Shown piece after piece: positions 28,957 to 38,586 of a stretch of 64,000 nucleotides of DNA. The translations under genes and the position numbers were made by a program. The stretch lies in IMG/VR virus record IMGVR_UViG_3300015214_000001, positions 144,459 through 208,458 of that record. One strand, given 5' to 3'. This DNA is from a virus (Duplodnaviria; Caudoviricetes). Below the pieces are notes generated by a model that saw nothing but the letters and a program-made list of their open reading frames with translations, had not been told where the DNA came from and ran no database searches. Within the stretch, counting starts at the first letter, position 1; every line of letters starts with the position of its first letter.

Positions 28957-30426
28957 TTAGCTACCATCACCTAGAATTGAACCATCACTTACTGCGCGGT
29001 TAAATTCGCCATTTAAATCTTTATCTTTCCACATCAAATGAATAGTGCCTTTTTTGTACACACGACAATTGAAGAATTCACTCTCAAACACATCGCTGTA
29101 AGTAGATTGGTTTTTGCGACACTTATCACTATGATCTTTTAGCGCGTCACCGACTGAGTATATGGTTGTTGGATCAACCCCACGTAACCAGCACAAGATT
29201 TTTTCTAAATCTTCAATAGCGGATTTAGACCAGTTCTGGTAAGAGTAAGACCAGCTTATCCCCCATGTATCTACACTTACAGCATAGGGGAAGATATTCT
29301 TCATGGCGATTTTCCATGATTTATTGTTCTTCCAAGTTTCGCCATTTTTCCCATCAATGCTCATCATTGTTTTAGCAACTGCATAGGCGGCCTCTTGCAT
29401 CAAACGGTCTTTATTGAACATAAACGCTTCTAAGACTAGATAGATGTTTTTTACAGTAAAAGCCGTTCTCATACCATGCTGTTGTACTTCCTGTAAAAAC
29501 TTCTGACGATATTCATGTGTGGTTTGTTGACCGAAGCGAGTAGCTTGAAAAACAGCTTCCCAGAAACGAACCTTGATATTTTTAATTTCTGCATTAACAC
29601 TTTCATATCCATCATTCTTGAATTGAACGATTTCGCCAGTGGTTGTTCTTAAGACTTCTTCATAGTGCTTAAGCTGTTTTAATGCTTCAATTGCTCGGTT
29701 ATAGCGTTCAACCAATAGCGTGATGCTATCTGCACGAATAACCAACCCACCAGATACTTCGTCTTGATCGGCAACTGTAAAGTCATCACGGCTATCCATT
29801 TCTTGCCAATTAACGCCCGAGCTTGTTTCTTCCTTATCAGGCTTGTACAGCCAAATAATAACAGTCTCGATATTTGTTTTACGAATTGCTTCTGAAAACC
29901 CACCTTGAACATATTCGCAGTTCCCGAAAATATCAATCAAATCTACTAGCTTTTTGCGGTCATGTGTGGAAGGGTTCTTGACTGCATCCGCGTTCAATAA
30001 TACAACCATCTTGCCGCCTGGCGCTAAAATATCCCACATTTTTAATACGTGCTGCACACCATTATTAAATGGTGGATTTGCCACGATAACATCAATAAGA
30101 AACGGGTCACTTTCAGCCAAAAAGTCAGTGCCGATTACAGTATAACCTTTTGATTCAAGTATTCGACTACGTTCAGGATTGACTTCGTAGACCAACATAT
30201 GTTCAACATTAACACCTGTTCGTTTTAAGTAATCTAGGATATGTCCTTCACCTGCGCTTGGTTCGAGCAGTGAATATTTAACAGGCAATGATCTACGAAT
30301 GTGTTCCCCACGCTTTGTTTCTAGGATAAATGGCGCTACCATTTTTTGAATTAATGGCAGTGGGGTTGGGTAAAACTGTTCTTCATCGTGATACACGTTA
30401 TGCTCCTTAATGTATATTGCACTCAA
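28957..30426 (-). CDS. N6-adenine DNA methyltransferase with DUF4942-like C-terminus
   Basis: FYPTP, LEPSAGEG (motif I), NPPF (motif IV); C-term DLEKILCWL..FESEFFNCRVYKKGTIHL. Confidence 0.85.
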   Translation of the reverse strand: MSAIYIKEHNVYHDEEQFYPTPLPLIQKMVAPFILETKRGEHIRRSLPVKYSLLEPSAGEGHILDYLKRTGVNVEHMLVYEVNPERSRILESKGYTVIGTDFLAESDPFLIDVIVANPPFNNGVQHVLKMWDILAPGGKMVVLLNADAVKNPSTHDRKKLVDLIDIFGNCEYVQGGFSEAIRKTNIETVIIWLYKPDKEETSSGVNWQEMDSRDDFTVADQDEVSGGLVIRADSITLLVERYNRAIEALKQLKHYEEVLRTTTGEIVQFKNDGYESVNAEIKNIKVRFWEAVFQATRFGQQTTHEYRQKFLQEVQQHGMRTAFTVKNIYLVLEAFMFNKDRLMQEAAYAVAKTMMSIDGKNGETWKNNKSWKIAMKNIFPYAVSVDTWGISWSYSYQNWSKSAIEDLEKILCWLRGVDPTTIYSVGDALKDHSDKCRKNQSTYSDVFESEFFNCRVYKKGTIHLMWKDKDLNGEFNRAVSDGSILGDGS

Positions 30427-31271
30427 CTATACAATCGCTTTCAATATCATCTAAAAACATCATTCGCAATTGCTTAGGTTTATCTCTATCGGCTCGCATA
30501 GTTTCTATAAATAATTCTACCAGTGGATAAGGCTTTTTAACACCGTCAATTGTTCGCGTCAAAATGGCATAATCGGCATATTTAGGGTTACTTCTCATCT
30601 TATTCTCCCAAACCATTGCACGCATGAAATTTGGTAAATTGAAATAGATCGCTCCACGCCAATATTTAGTACCAGCTTTAAAACAAGTACCGCCACAATT
30701 GCCAGTTACCATATTACCCAGTTCGCGTTCATAGTAGCTAATCGGCAATTTGATATTATGTTGTTCACAGTATGCTAATGGGTCTTTTATTCGTGGGTAA
30801 AACCAGAGAGGGTATTTAACATATACATTGCGTTTAGACCAATTTTCGATGGGCGCTGGCAATCTTCCGTATGGCTTGTCAGTTCTGGCGCGTTGATACC
30901 GATCCTTCATGTTGTAACCAATCAACATGAAAACCTTATTGTACCCCCCCCATAATACGAATAGTTTCAACATACTGTTGAATAGGCTTTACTTTTAGCT
31001 CAATCGTGCAATTGGCAACACGGCTATTAAATATCATGCCTTGTTCTTCTGATATGTCATAGGGAGTTTTCCCGCTATTTAAGCGATGGATTTTAATCCT
31101 CAATAGGTTTTCAAGGTCACGCAAAAATCTATGATGATCTTCATGCTCTATATTGGTGTCGGCAAATACAGGGTAAATATGTTCATGGGGATATAGTTCA
31201 TAAGCTCTAATTAGGGCAGCTGCGCTTGATGCGCCACTTGACACTGAAACGATATAAGCCGATTTTTCCAT
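30407..31271 (-). pseudogene. PAPS-reductase/PP-loop family gene split by a G8 tract (30944-30951); phase-OFF allele or sequencing frameshift
   Basis: 5' part VSVSSGASS, FADTNIEHED, CTIELKVKPI; 3' part LIGY, YPL, NCGGTCFKAG; G7 or G10 joins them into 287 aa. Confidence 0.8.
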
Positions 31272-31302
31272 GTATATCCTTTATCCTTTTCTATAATAAA
31301 AA

Positions 31303-31339
31303 TAGAACGCACTAAGTTTAACTTGCCTTAGTGCGTTCT
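31303..31339 (-). terminator. Hairpin AGAACGCACTAAG...CTTAGTGCGTTCT
   Basis: 13-bp stem followed by T-rich run on the minus strand. Confidence 0.6.
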
Positions 31340-31365
31340 GTCAAATAAATTATTATTGTTGCAGG

Positions 31366-31566
31366 CTATGTCAAATCTTTAATAACCTGGAAGCTAAGGT
31401 TATCAATTGGCATAATCCATGCACCATCTTTCGCGCTGTTCTTTTGTAGTTCGCGCACGTTAGGGTGAAACGTTTTTCCACCAACGGGATATAATGTCCC
31501 GTTCTTATGGGTAATAAAGCCGATAACGCCGTTTGGCGCGGGTGATGCAATTACTTTTTCACTCAT
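31366..31566 (-). CDS. Hypothetical protein
   Basis: SD GAGGGG. Confidence 0.6.
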   Translation of the reverse strand: MSEKVIASPAPNGVIGFITHKNGTLYPVGGKTFHPNVRELQKNSAKDGAWIMPIDNLSFQVIKDLT

Positions 31567-31617
31567 TTCCCCTCTTTTCTATTTTTGTGATCTTGTACTC
31601 GATCTTAAAAAATAAAA

Positions 31618-31884
31618 TTAACTAAACAACTCACGGATTACAGCATTGCTGACTACGGTGATGCTATTAGATACAGGCAATGATTTGCCATCAATCACTT
31701 GATGCTCACCGCATTCTTGTCGTAAAGCATCGCACGTAAACATGCGAATTGTCGGCATGTACGTAATTCGCACGACTTTGGTACGAAACACGATTGAACC
31801 AAAGAACGGGTCAGTTGTGTTCATCAAGTTTTTAATTGCTGTCACAACTTCTTGTTGTGATGTGACGTTGAATGTATTGCTCAT
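31618..31884 (-). CDS. Hypothetical protein
   Basis: SD AAGGGG. Confidence 0.6.
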   Translation of the reverse strand: MSNTFNVTSQQEVVTAIKNLMNTTDPFFGSIVFRTKVVRITYMPTIRMFTCDALRQECGEHQVIDGKSLPVSNSITVVSNAVIRELFS

Positions 31885-32191
31885 TTTTACCCCTTTAGTT
31901 GGTAGATATACTACAAGGCTACTATGCAGGTTAGGTAAATGTCAACATAAGGTTTTGTTAAGAAATGTTAAATTTAGAATTAATACCCCTATGGTGATGT
32001 TTTCTGATACTAGGTGCAGTGAGTAGAAAACAAATTAGAACAAAAAATATTATCATTAATTCAACGCTTTTAAATGTATCGCATAAGGGCTTGGATTTTA
32101 CCCTCTATTAATTGTTAAGATTGTGTAAATCTTCCCTAAAAATTGGATATTCACCCTAGATAACCACTACCTAAACTGCTATCATATAGGG

Positions 32192-32662
32192 GTGTTGAAT
32201 GATTGTTTTCAACACAGCACGTTAACAACACAAGGGGAAACAGCTATGTCCTATTACTACTTAGATCAAACTAGCTTGCCTATTGAACCGATTAGCTTTG
32301 TGCAAATGTGGTTCATGCGATATATGCAAATGCCGTTAACGGAAGGTCAAGCGGAGTCCATACGTCAAGACCTATTATCCCGACAGGCAAAATTGCTACA
32401 ATGTGCTAACTTTGACCATAAAACAAAGCAATTTGTCGAATGGTGGGAATATCGCACATTGAACAAAGAAGCATTTATCTTAGGCATGTCTAGCCAAGTG
32501 GTAATTCTAAATCGGTCTGTGCTGAGACTAAATAACAATATGATTTACCCATTGTTACGCGCCTCAGTATGGGAAAGCACCTACGAAACTTTCGACAATC
32601 GCTATATATTCAATATTGGCGAGTCGGTTGCTCAACACATCCCTCACGAAAGTTTCGCCTGA
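32192..32662 (+). CDS. Hypothetical protein (start likely ATG 32246)
   Basis: SD AAGGGG upstream of MSYYYL. Confidence 0.6.
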   Translation: MLNDCFQHSTLTTQGETAMSYYYLDQTSLPIEPISFVQMWFMRYMQMPLTEGQAESIRQDLLSRQAKLLQCANFDHKTKQFVEWWEYRTLNKEAFILGMSSQVVILNRSVLRLNNNMIYPLLRASVWESTYETFDNRYIFNIGESVAQHIPHESFA

Positions 32663-32669
32663 TTATTCA

Positions 32670-32700
32670 TACTTGACAGATAGTTACTATCTGTCAAGTA
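32670..32700. repeat. Perfect 14-bp inverted repeat TACTTGACAGATAG-tta-CTATCTGTCAAGTA
   Basis: Between 32662 and the clamp gene; each arm carries TTGACA. Confidence 0.8.
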
Positions 32701-32739
32701 ATATTTTTATCAAACAAACACAAGGAAAAGGAAATAAAA

Positions 32740-35136
32740 ATGTCCAATGTTAATGCAATTATTCACGGAACAAAGTTTAATCGCTTCGTAGACTTAGCCA
32801 AGCGATTAAAGACATGGTATGGGCAAAAGGATATTGAAGTATCCATTTACAATAACAAAGTGTATGTGTCGATGTTTCAAGGCGATTTAGTCGCTATCAT
32901 CGGCAATACATATAATGAGGAAAATCTTTGCTTTTCGTTTCAGTTGGATGAAATCACAAGTAAGATCGCTAGTCTTGCTGATATAAGGTTAGAACTGTCC
33001 GTGCCGATTGATGGTGGTAATGCCACATTGTCAGACAGTGGTGCTACAATCAACATTCCAGCTGTTAAGCCACTAGGTCTTATCAGTAAAGAAATTACCA
33101 GCTATGATGATAGGCTAAATGTGACACAATTCATGACTTTAGATAAAAAGGTTATGAAAGAACTAATCAAGTCTATCTCAGCAACATCACATGAGGTTTT
33201 ATTTATTATTGGTGATGGTTCTAAAGTTCGGTTTATGACATATGATGGTTTGGGCATTTCGCAAATCATTGTTGATGTTGAAGCTCATGAACCGTTCCAA
33301 CGGTCTTATTATGCAAAGCCAGTTTTAACAGCGCTTAAGGGACTATCTCTAAGCAAAGATGTTAAAACAATCAACTTGTCCTTAAATGAAAACGATGGTT
33401 TTCTAGTGTATGCCGATGATGAATTGACATACTTAGTGAGAACCGACCACAATAAAGACGATTATAACCCTGAGAAATACCCATTAAATTTTCAAAGCAA
33501 AATTGACTTTATGATCGTTAATGAGCAAGCGCAATTTGTCAACCTTAACGGAAAGTCAATGTCATTAGCGCAAGTCATCAGCGATAAAGGCTTAGATAAG
33601 CAAACCTGTTGGATTACGGCTAATGCGCTATCTGAAACCATCACAATAGCAAATATTATTGGTGGTTACAATGATGTAACATTCCCTGCATTTGTCAAAA
33701 ATGGGACTGAAATTGCTGTAGGCATTAATGGCAAACTGCTAAAAAGTTTGCTCACGACTTATGGTGACTTAATGTTTAGTATCCGTGATGATGCTCTTGT
33801 TATCACAGTTAATGGTCAAGGTGGCTTTGAAGTAAACAGCATTATCGCACCGATGGCACTTGACTTTAACAATGATGTGGCGCGTAACGTAATTAAGCCT
33901 GTTATGAGTGTGAATCCAGCCACATACATTGACGCGAATGAGTTCTATGCTATTATTCAAGCATTGCTCAACAATAGTGATAGTGGGACGATCTCTATCT
34001 ACAATAGAGATAATGGGTTACAAGTCATTAGTGGCAATGGGGTTAAGTATGAGGTTGGCTTTGTGACAAATAAGCCAATTGAGGGGATGCCAATTAACGC
34101 TCGCGCTAACTCGAATGCGTTCTTCAAACCTAGCGATAAGAAGTCTTTATCGGCAAAGTTTAGCAATCTAACTAGTAGCATGTTGAGCGTGTACGTTATC
34201 GACAATAGCATTAAGCTATATGACGAAAACAATGAGATTATCACATTGCCCTTTTATGTCAATGATGACACCAAAGAAGTTGTTATTACAAACTATAAGC
34301 GTACTGAGTTCTTCAATAGCAAACAAAAGGCAGTTGTCACATTAACCAGCGATGACTTTAGAAATGCCGTTAACATCGCTAGTAAATTCGCGGCAACCGA
34401 TAACAATAGACCTACAATCAATAGTGTGCATTTCTCTTTCCGTAAATCAGAAGTTGAAATTGTTGGCACTGATGGTTATAGGCTGAGTGTAGATACCAGA
34501 AATAACCTAGCGGGTACTGTTGATGCTGATGGTTTGTGCCTTGAGCCTAACGCACTGCTTAATACGCTTAAATCAATTGCTAACGCTTATATCTCATTAG
34601 TGCTGGTTAATGATGGTGATACTGTAGCTATTATCGGACATGATGAACCAGATAACCTAACATCTGACAGTAGCAAAACTATCACCTATCTGTTTATCAT
34701 TCCTGGTAGATTTCCTGATTATTCAGTAATCTTACCTGCTAAATCAAGCATGATCTATTTTGAAGAAATTGAGATCACGTCTGATAAAATCACAAGTAAT
34801 GGTGATAGTTTTGAAACAGTGTTTGAGCGTGCAAATAAACTATCAAGCGACAATCATTTTCTAGGTGTATTCACTGTAAAGAGATATACAAGTACAGTTA
34901 CATTCAGTGTCCCTCATGCCGACAAAAAAGCACAAGGTCATGCTCTATCGCTAGACATCCCCGCGCAAAATATTCATGCTGATTACAATATCGGTGTGAA
35001 TATAAAATACTTGTTAGATGCTGTGAAGTTAAGCGATAAGCACAAACATATGTTGTACTTTAGAGAACAACGCGACTATCTAATTGGTAAGTTTGGAACA
35101 GTTACATACGTTATCATGCCAATGTTGAACGCCTAA
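32740..35136 (+). CDS. Double-length DNA polymerase III beta-clamp-like protein (two tandem beta protomers)
   Basis: Second half: FAATDNNRPTINSVHF..VGTDGYRLS, PGRFPDY, IGVNIKYLLDAV, YVIMPM; first half degenerate: MTYDGLGIS, EKYP, VGINGKLLKSLL, SIIAPM. Confidence 0.8.
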   Translation: MSNVNAIIHGTKFNRFVDLAKRLKTWYGQKDIEVSIYNNKVYVSMFQGDLVAIIGNTYNEENLCFSFQLDEITSKIASLADIRLELSVPIDGGNATLSDSGATINIPAVKPLGLISKEITSYDDRLNVTQFMTLDKKVMKELIKSISATSHEVLFIIGDGSKVRFMTYDGLGISQIIVDVEAHEPFQRSYYAKPVLTALKGLSLSKDVKTINLSLNENDGFLVYADDELTYLVRTDHNKDDYNPEKYPLNFQSKIDFMIVNEQAQFVNLNGKSMSLAQVISDKGLDKQTCWITANALSETITIANIIGGYNDVTFPAFVKNGTEIAVGINGKLLKSLLTTYGDLMFSIRDDALVITVNGQGGFEVNSIIAPMALDFNNDVARNVIKPVMSVNPATYIDANEFYAIIQALLNNSDSGTISIYNRDNGLQVISGNGVKYEVGFVTNKPIEGMPINARANSNAFFKPSDKKSLSAKFSNLTSSMLSVYVIDNSIKLYDENNEIITLPFYVNDDTKEVVITNYKRTEFFNSKQKAVVTLTSDDFRNAVNIASKFAATDNNRPTINSVHFSFRKSEVEIVGTDGYRLSVDTRNNLAGTVDADGLCLEPNALLNTLKSIANAYISLVLVNDGDTVAIIGHDEPDNLTSDSSKTITYLFIIPGRFPDYSVILPAKSSMIYFEEIEITSDKITSNGDSFETVFERANKLSSDNHFLGVFTVKRYTSTVTFSVPHADKKAQGHALSLDIPAQNIHADYNIGVNIKYLLDAVKLSDKHKHMLYFREQRDYLIGKFGTVTYVIMPMLNA

Positions 35137-35159
35137 CAAATATCAGCACAATATTAAAC

Positions 35160-35195
35160 AAAAAGAGCAAGCTATTGATATGGCTTGCTCTTTTT
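35160..35195 (+). terminator. Intrinsic terminator AAAAAGAGCAAGC...GCTTGCTCTTTTT
   Basis: Stem plus T-tract 24 nt after the clamp stop. Confidence 0.75.
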
Positions 35196-35391
35196 GTATT
35201 CTATGGGGGATACAGTCATTATATAACAACTAACTGCATTTGCCTAATCGCGCTAATAATAGAAAATTTTGTTCTAAAAACAAAAAAATCTTCTTGGTTG
35301 TTGAAATTATTTGTTTGTCTGACATAGGGCTTTCTCACAGAGGGGTATAATCAGGCTCATTATACGTTTGTGCTAATGAGCCTGATAGATG

Positions 35392-36336
35392 TTATTCTAG
35401 CATTTGAACGTGTTTAGATGCACCAAAGTCAAGCAACTCATTAGGAAGTTGATTAAGTCTTACCTGTTGCTCATACCACTTGATAACACTTGCATTCCAG
35501 ATCACAGCAGCTAAGTGATCTTCTGATGTATCCTCATTAGCAAATGCAATAACATGACGCAACATAGAAGCATAAACCCTACTAACGTTAATGCCCTTTT
35601 GCCAATTATTGACACCATATTTAGCAGCGCCGACATAGTATAGCCTAGCAACGTGATTCAACGCGATTTTAGGGATTAATGTGTAATCGCACTCTGATGT
35701 ATTATAAAGTTCGGCAAACTGGGGTTTATCGCTGTTATATAGTGCCTGATCGGTAGCGCATCCACCATACCCACTTTGCAAAGTTTTCAGCACATCTAAT
35801 GGGATTAGATGATACATTGGCTTGCCTTGCTGATTATCTCTGTGAGCGCCTGTTGTAAACTCGTCAGTTACATTGCCACCCTTGACAATTGGCTTATCGC
35901 TGTCAAGTTCTAACTGAGGAATCACATCGCCTAGTGTTTTGTTGGTCATATTGAATTGATGAATAAGCTCATCTAGGCCACCATCTTCATAATAGTGTTT
36001 CCAGCGAACCTCTTTAGTCTCAGGGTCAATCCATGCGTGAGATAGAGCAGACCATGAGTAATAACCCTCATTATCCATTGAATACGTTTTCTCATCAGCA
36101 CATGAGCCTTTTATGAATTTCACTTCTCCTTCGGCAATGTCGTAAACCCATAGCGTATTTGTCATTGCTACAATTAAAGCCTCATGCACATGATCGACAA
36201 AAACAGCTATCGGCTTATATTGATTAACAGATTCGTAAGGATATTTCCATTTTTTCTCTGATATGTGCCGATAGTATAGTGAACGATCACGATGCACTAA
36301 CTCATAATCTTTAAATCTTACGTACTTTACTGACAT
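35392..36336 (-). CDS. dATP/dGTP diphosphohydrolase (DUF5664-type) domain protein with N-terminal extension
   Basis: FTTGAHRD..GKPMYHLIP, GAAKYGVNNWQKG, ASMLRH, EDHLAAVIWNA. Confidence 0.8.
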   Translation of the reverse strand: MSVKYVRFKDYELVHRDRSLYYRHISEKKWKYPYESVNQYKPIAVFVDHVHEALIVAMTNTLWVYDIAEGEVKFIKGSCADEKTYSMDNEGYYSWSALSHAWIDPETKEVRWKHYYEDGGLDELIHQFNMTNKTLGDVIPQLELDSDKPIVKGGNVTDEFTTGAHRDNQQGKPMYHLIPLDVLKTLQSGYGGCATDQALYNSDKPQFAELYNTSECDYTLIPKIALNHVARLYYVGAAKYGVNNWQKGINVSRVYASMLRHVIAFANEDTSEDHLAAVIWNASVIKWYEQQVRLNQLPNELLDFGASKHVQMLE

Positions 36337-37356
36337 TCTTGCGCCCCTTGAACGATTGTGTTACAGGATTTAATGCTAAGTCAATATCAAGCCCACCAGT
36401 GCCATCAAATGCCCTTTGACCGATGCAAGATTGACACAGATTAAAGGGGTCTTGATTATCCAATTCTTCTGGCTTAATCGACTTTTGTAAATGCCACCCT
36501 TGAGTCAATCTGTCAGGGTGTAAGGTCATATCTTCTTCATCCCATATTCCTGATTGAACTAAGGCTAATTGTAATTCATATGCCGTTTGAACTAGTTTTT
36601 CACGCAATTGATCTATAGTTTCATACTCTGGACTAACAATTGCGCGTCGTTCACGTTCACCGATGCTCAAATTCGCATAACATTGACATTCATAAGAATG
36701 CTTCATGTAATCAGCATATTCGTTGCGCGGGATGTTAAGTATCTCTATTGCTAAATCGCGTTCTTGAATGTGCCAATCAAAGATGGGGTTAGCTAGAGAT
36801 TTAATGACTTTGCCACGCTTATCCTTTTTAAGCATCATCAAATCAACAAAGCTATTTCGACGTGAGCTTTCAGCTTTCCGTAAGCCTGAAATTTGCATTA
36901 CTTCACTCTGTTTGACCTCTAACTTTTTTGCCACTTGAGAGAATAACTGATCGAGTAGCTTACCCTTCAATTCACGATACATAATAGAGTGATAGGCTGG
37001 TGATGGAAAACCCCATGAAATAATCAATTGCTCATATCTGCCTTTTTGTGGTGGCTTGCCAATTCTTAATTCCCATTGATATAAATTGGCAATATCATAG
37101 ATGTATTGTTTAGTTTCTTTAGCGCCTGTTAGCGTATTAGCCCAACAAGCGCCGACAAAACTATCAGGGAAAGCCAGTTGAGCGATTCTTCCTGCTAAAA
37201 CAGAATCGTGACCACCAGACCACGATACAGCTACGCCTTTAAATTCGTAAAGATGGTATTCTTTGCGAATCCTCTCAATTGTTTCATGTATTTTCTGTTC
37301 TACCCCCCCCGATTTGTTTCAAAGTGGGTTGTATCCTGAACAGTTTTGTTATTCAT
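36311..37356 (-). pseudogene. PAPS-reductase/PP-loop family gene interrupted at a G8 tract (37303-37310); phase-OFF allele or sequencing frameshift
   Basis: ATG 37356 (SD AAAGGG) reads MNNKTVQDTTHFETNRGG then TAG; G9 continues VEQKIHE..SWSGGHDS..GLRKAESSRR..NPIFDW..ECQC (348 aa). Confidence 0.8.
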
Positions 37357-37367
37357 TATAGCCCTTT

Positions 37368-37772
37368 CTAGCTATCAGCTTCAATGTAATAGCCTTCTTT
37401 GTGTACATCATACGCGGGTAAATCAATTAATGACTTACCCATTTCACGGTTTAATGCAGAGATAACTTGTTCAGTATCTCGTGTGACTGGTTGCCACTTC
37501 CCATCACTGCTGAAATCACCTTCATTGAACTGCTTTCTTAATGCAGAGCAATAAAAGCCTGTAGGCTTTAGGTATGATAGCTCACAACAAACGCGATATT
37601 CGCCTTGATCGAACCATATCAAACCTAAGTAAGGTTCTTCTGATAAAATAATCCCATCAATCGCTTGCCTAATATCAGGCAAGGATTGCACTACAATGTT
37701 TCTTTTGGACATTATATCCTCTCTTTTTGATCTATGCACCCCTCTAACGATATAACCACAATTATACAACAT
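37368..37772 (-). CDS. Hypothetical protein (start likely MSKRNIV)
   Basis: SD GAGGA before MSKRNIV. Confidence 0.55.
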   Translation of the reverse strand: MLYNCGYIVRGVHRSKREDIMSKRNIVVQSLPDIRQAIDGIILSEEPYLGLIWFDQGEYRVCCELSYLKPTGFYCSALRKQFNEGDFSSDGKWQPVTRDTEQVISALNREMGKSLIDLPAYDVHKEGYYIEADS

Positions 37773-37842
37773 TCTTAATCATGAACAGATATAAATATAA
37801 TATGAATATATTAATTGTCTGTTCATGGCGCTCATTATGCCA

Positions 37843-38586
37843 CTAGCTAACGATAAGCGCAAGCGTCAAATCATCAATAACGCCATCGGATTCACCACAA
37901 ATAACATAGTCTAATGAATACTGGCTCAAATATAGCAAGTCCTCATATTCATCTTCCCCATCGAAATTAAATTGATCTTTAAAGCACTCATTAATCCATT
38001 CTGACTCATGCCTTGCATAAATCAAAATATCATCCTTGCCTCTTGCCAGATCATTAACAGCATCTATTGTACCTAGTATGTCTTTTGCATTACATAAGTA
38101 ACGATTGCTGGCATCAGTAAATAAAGTCGGCAATAAACCGACTTCTTCGGTGTTAATAATCGAAACATTGATAGGCGCTGATAGAATAATGACTTCTAAC
38201 GGGTTAGGCCTTTCATCATATGTCAAATCTGACCGACGTTGAAAGACATTGCCGCGCCAAAATTGAGGGTCATCTATTCCCTTAGGGAGATTATCAATCA
38301 TGACCTCCCTAACAATTATTGATGATTGATTGCTTATCCACTTCAAATCATCGGAAGGGTTTGACCAATGACATTTGATAACTTTTCGTTCCCACGCGAT
38401 TCCATCAATTTTAGCCTCTACTCTTTCCTCAGTGATCGTTGGGTAACTGACGATATACCCCCTAAGACCAAAGCGTAAAGAAGTTCTGGTTATATCAATG
38501 CCATGAAATTTCTTCTCATCTCTATGTTTAAGCCGATGTTTAGTCGGATTATTTTCATCCCTTTCTATCAGAATTATATTTACCAT
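37843..38586 (-). CDS. Hypothetical protein
   Basis: 247-aa ORF. Confidence 0.6.
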   Translation of the reverse strand: MVNIILIERDENNPTKHRLKHRDEKKFHGIDITRTSLRFGLRGYIVSYPTITEERVEAKIDGIAWERKVIKCHWSNPSDDLKWISNQSSIIVREVMIDNLPKGIDDPQFWRGNVFQRRSDLTYDERPNPLEVIILSAPINVSIINTEEVGLLPTLFTDASNRYLCNAKDILGTIDAVNDLARGKDDILIYARHESEWINECFKDQFNFDGEDEYEDLLYLSQYSLDYVICGESDGVIDDLTLALIVS

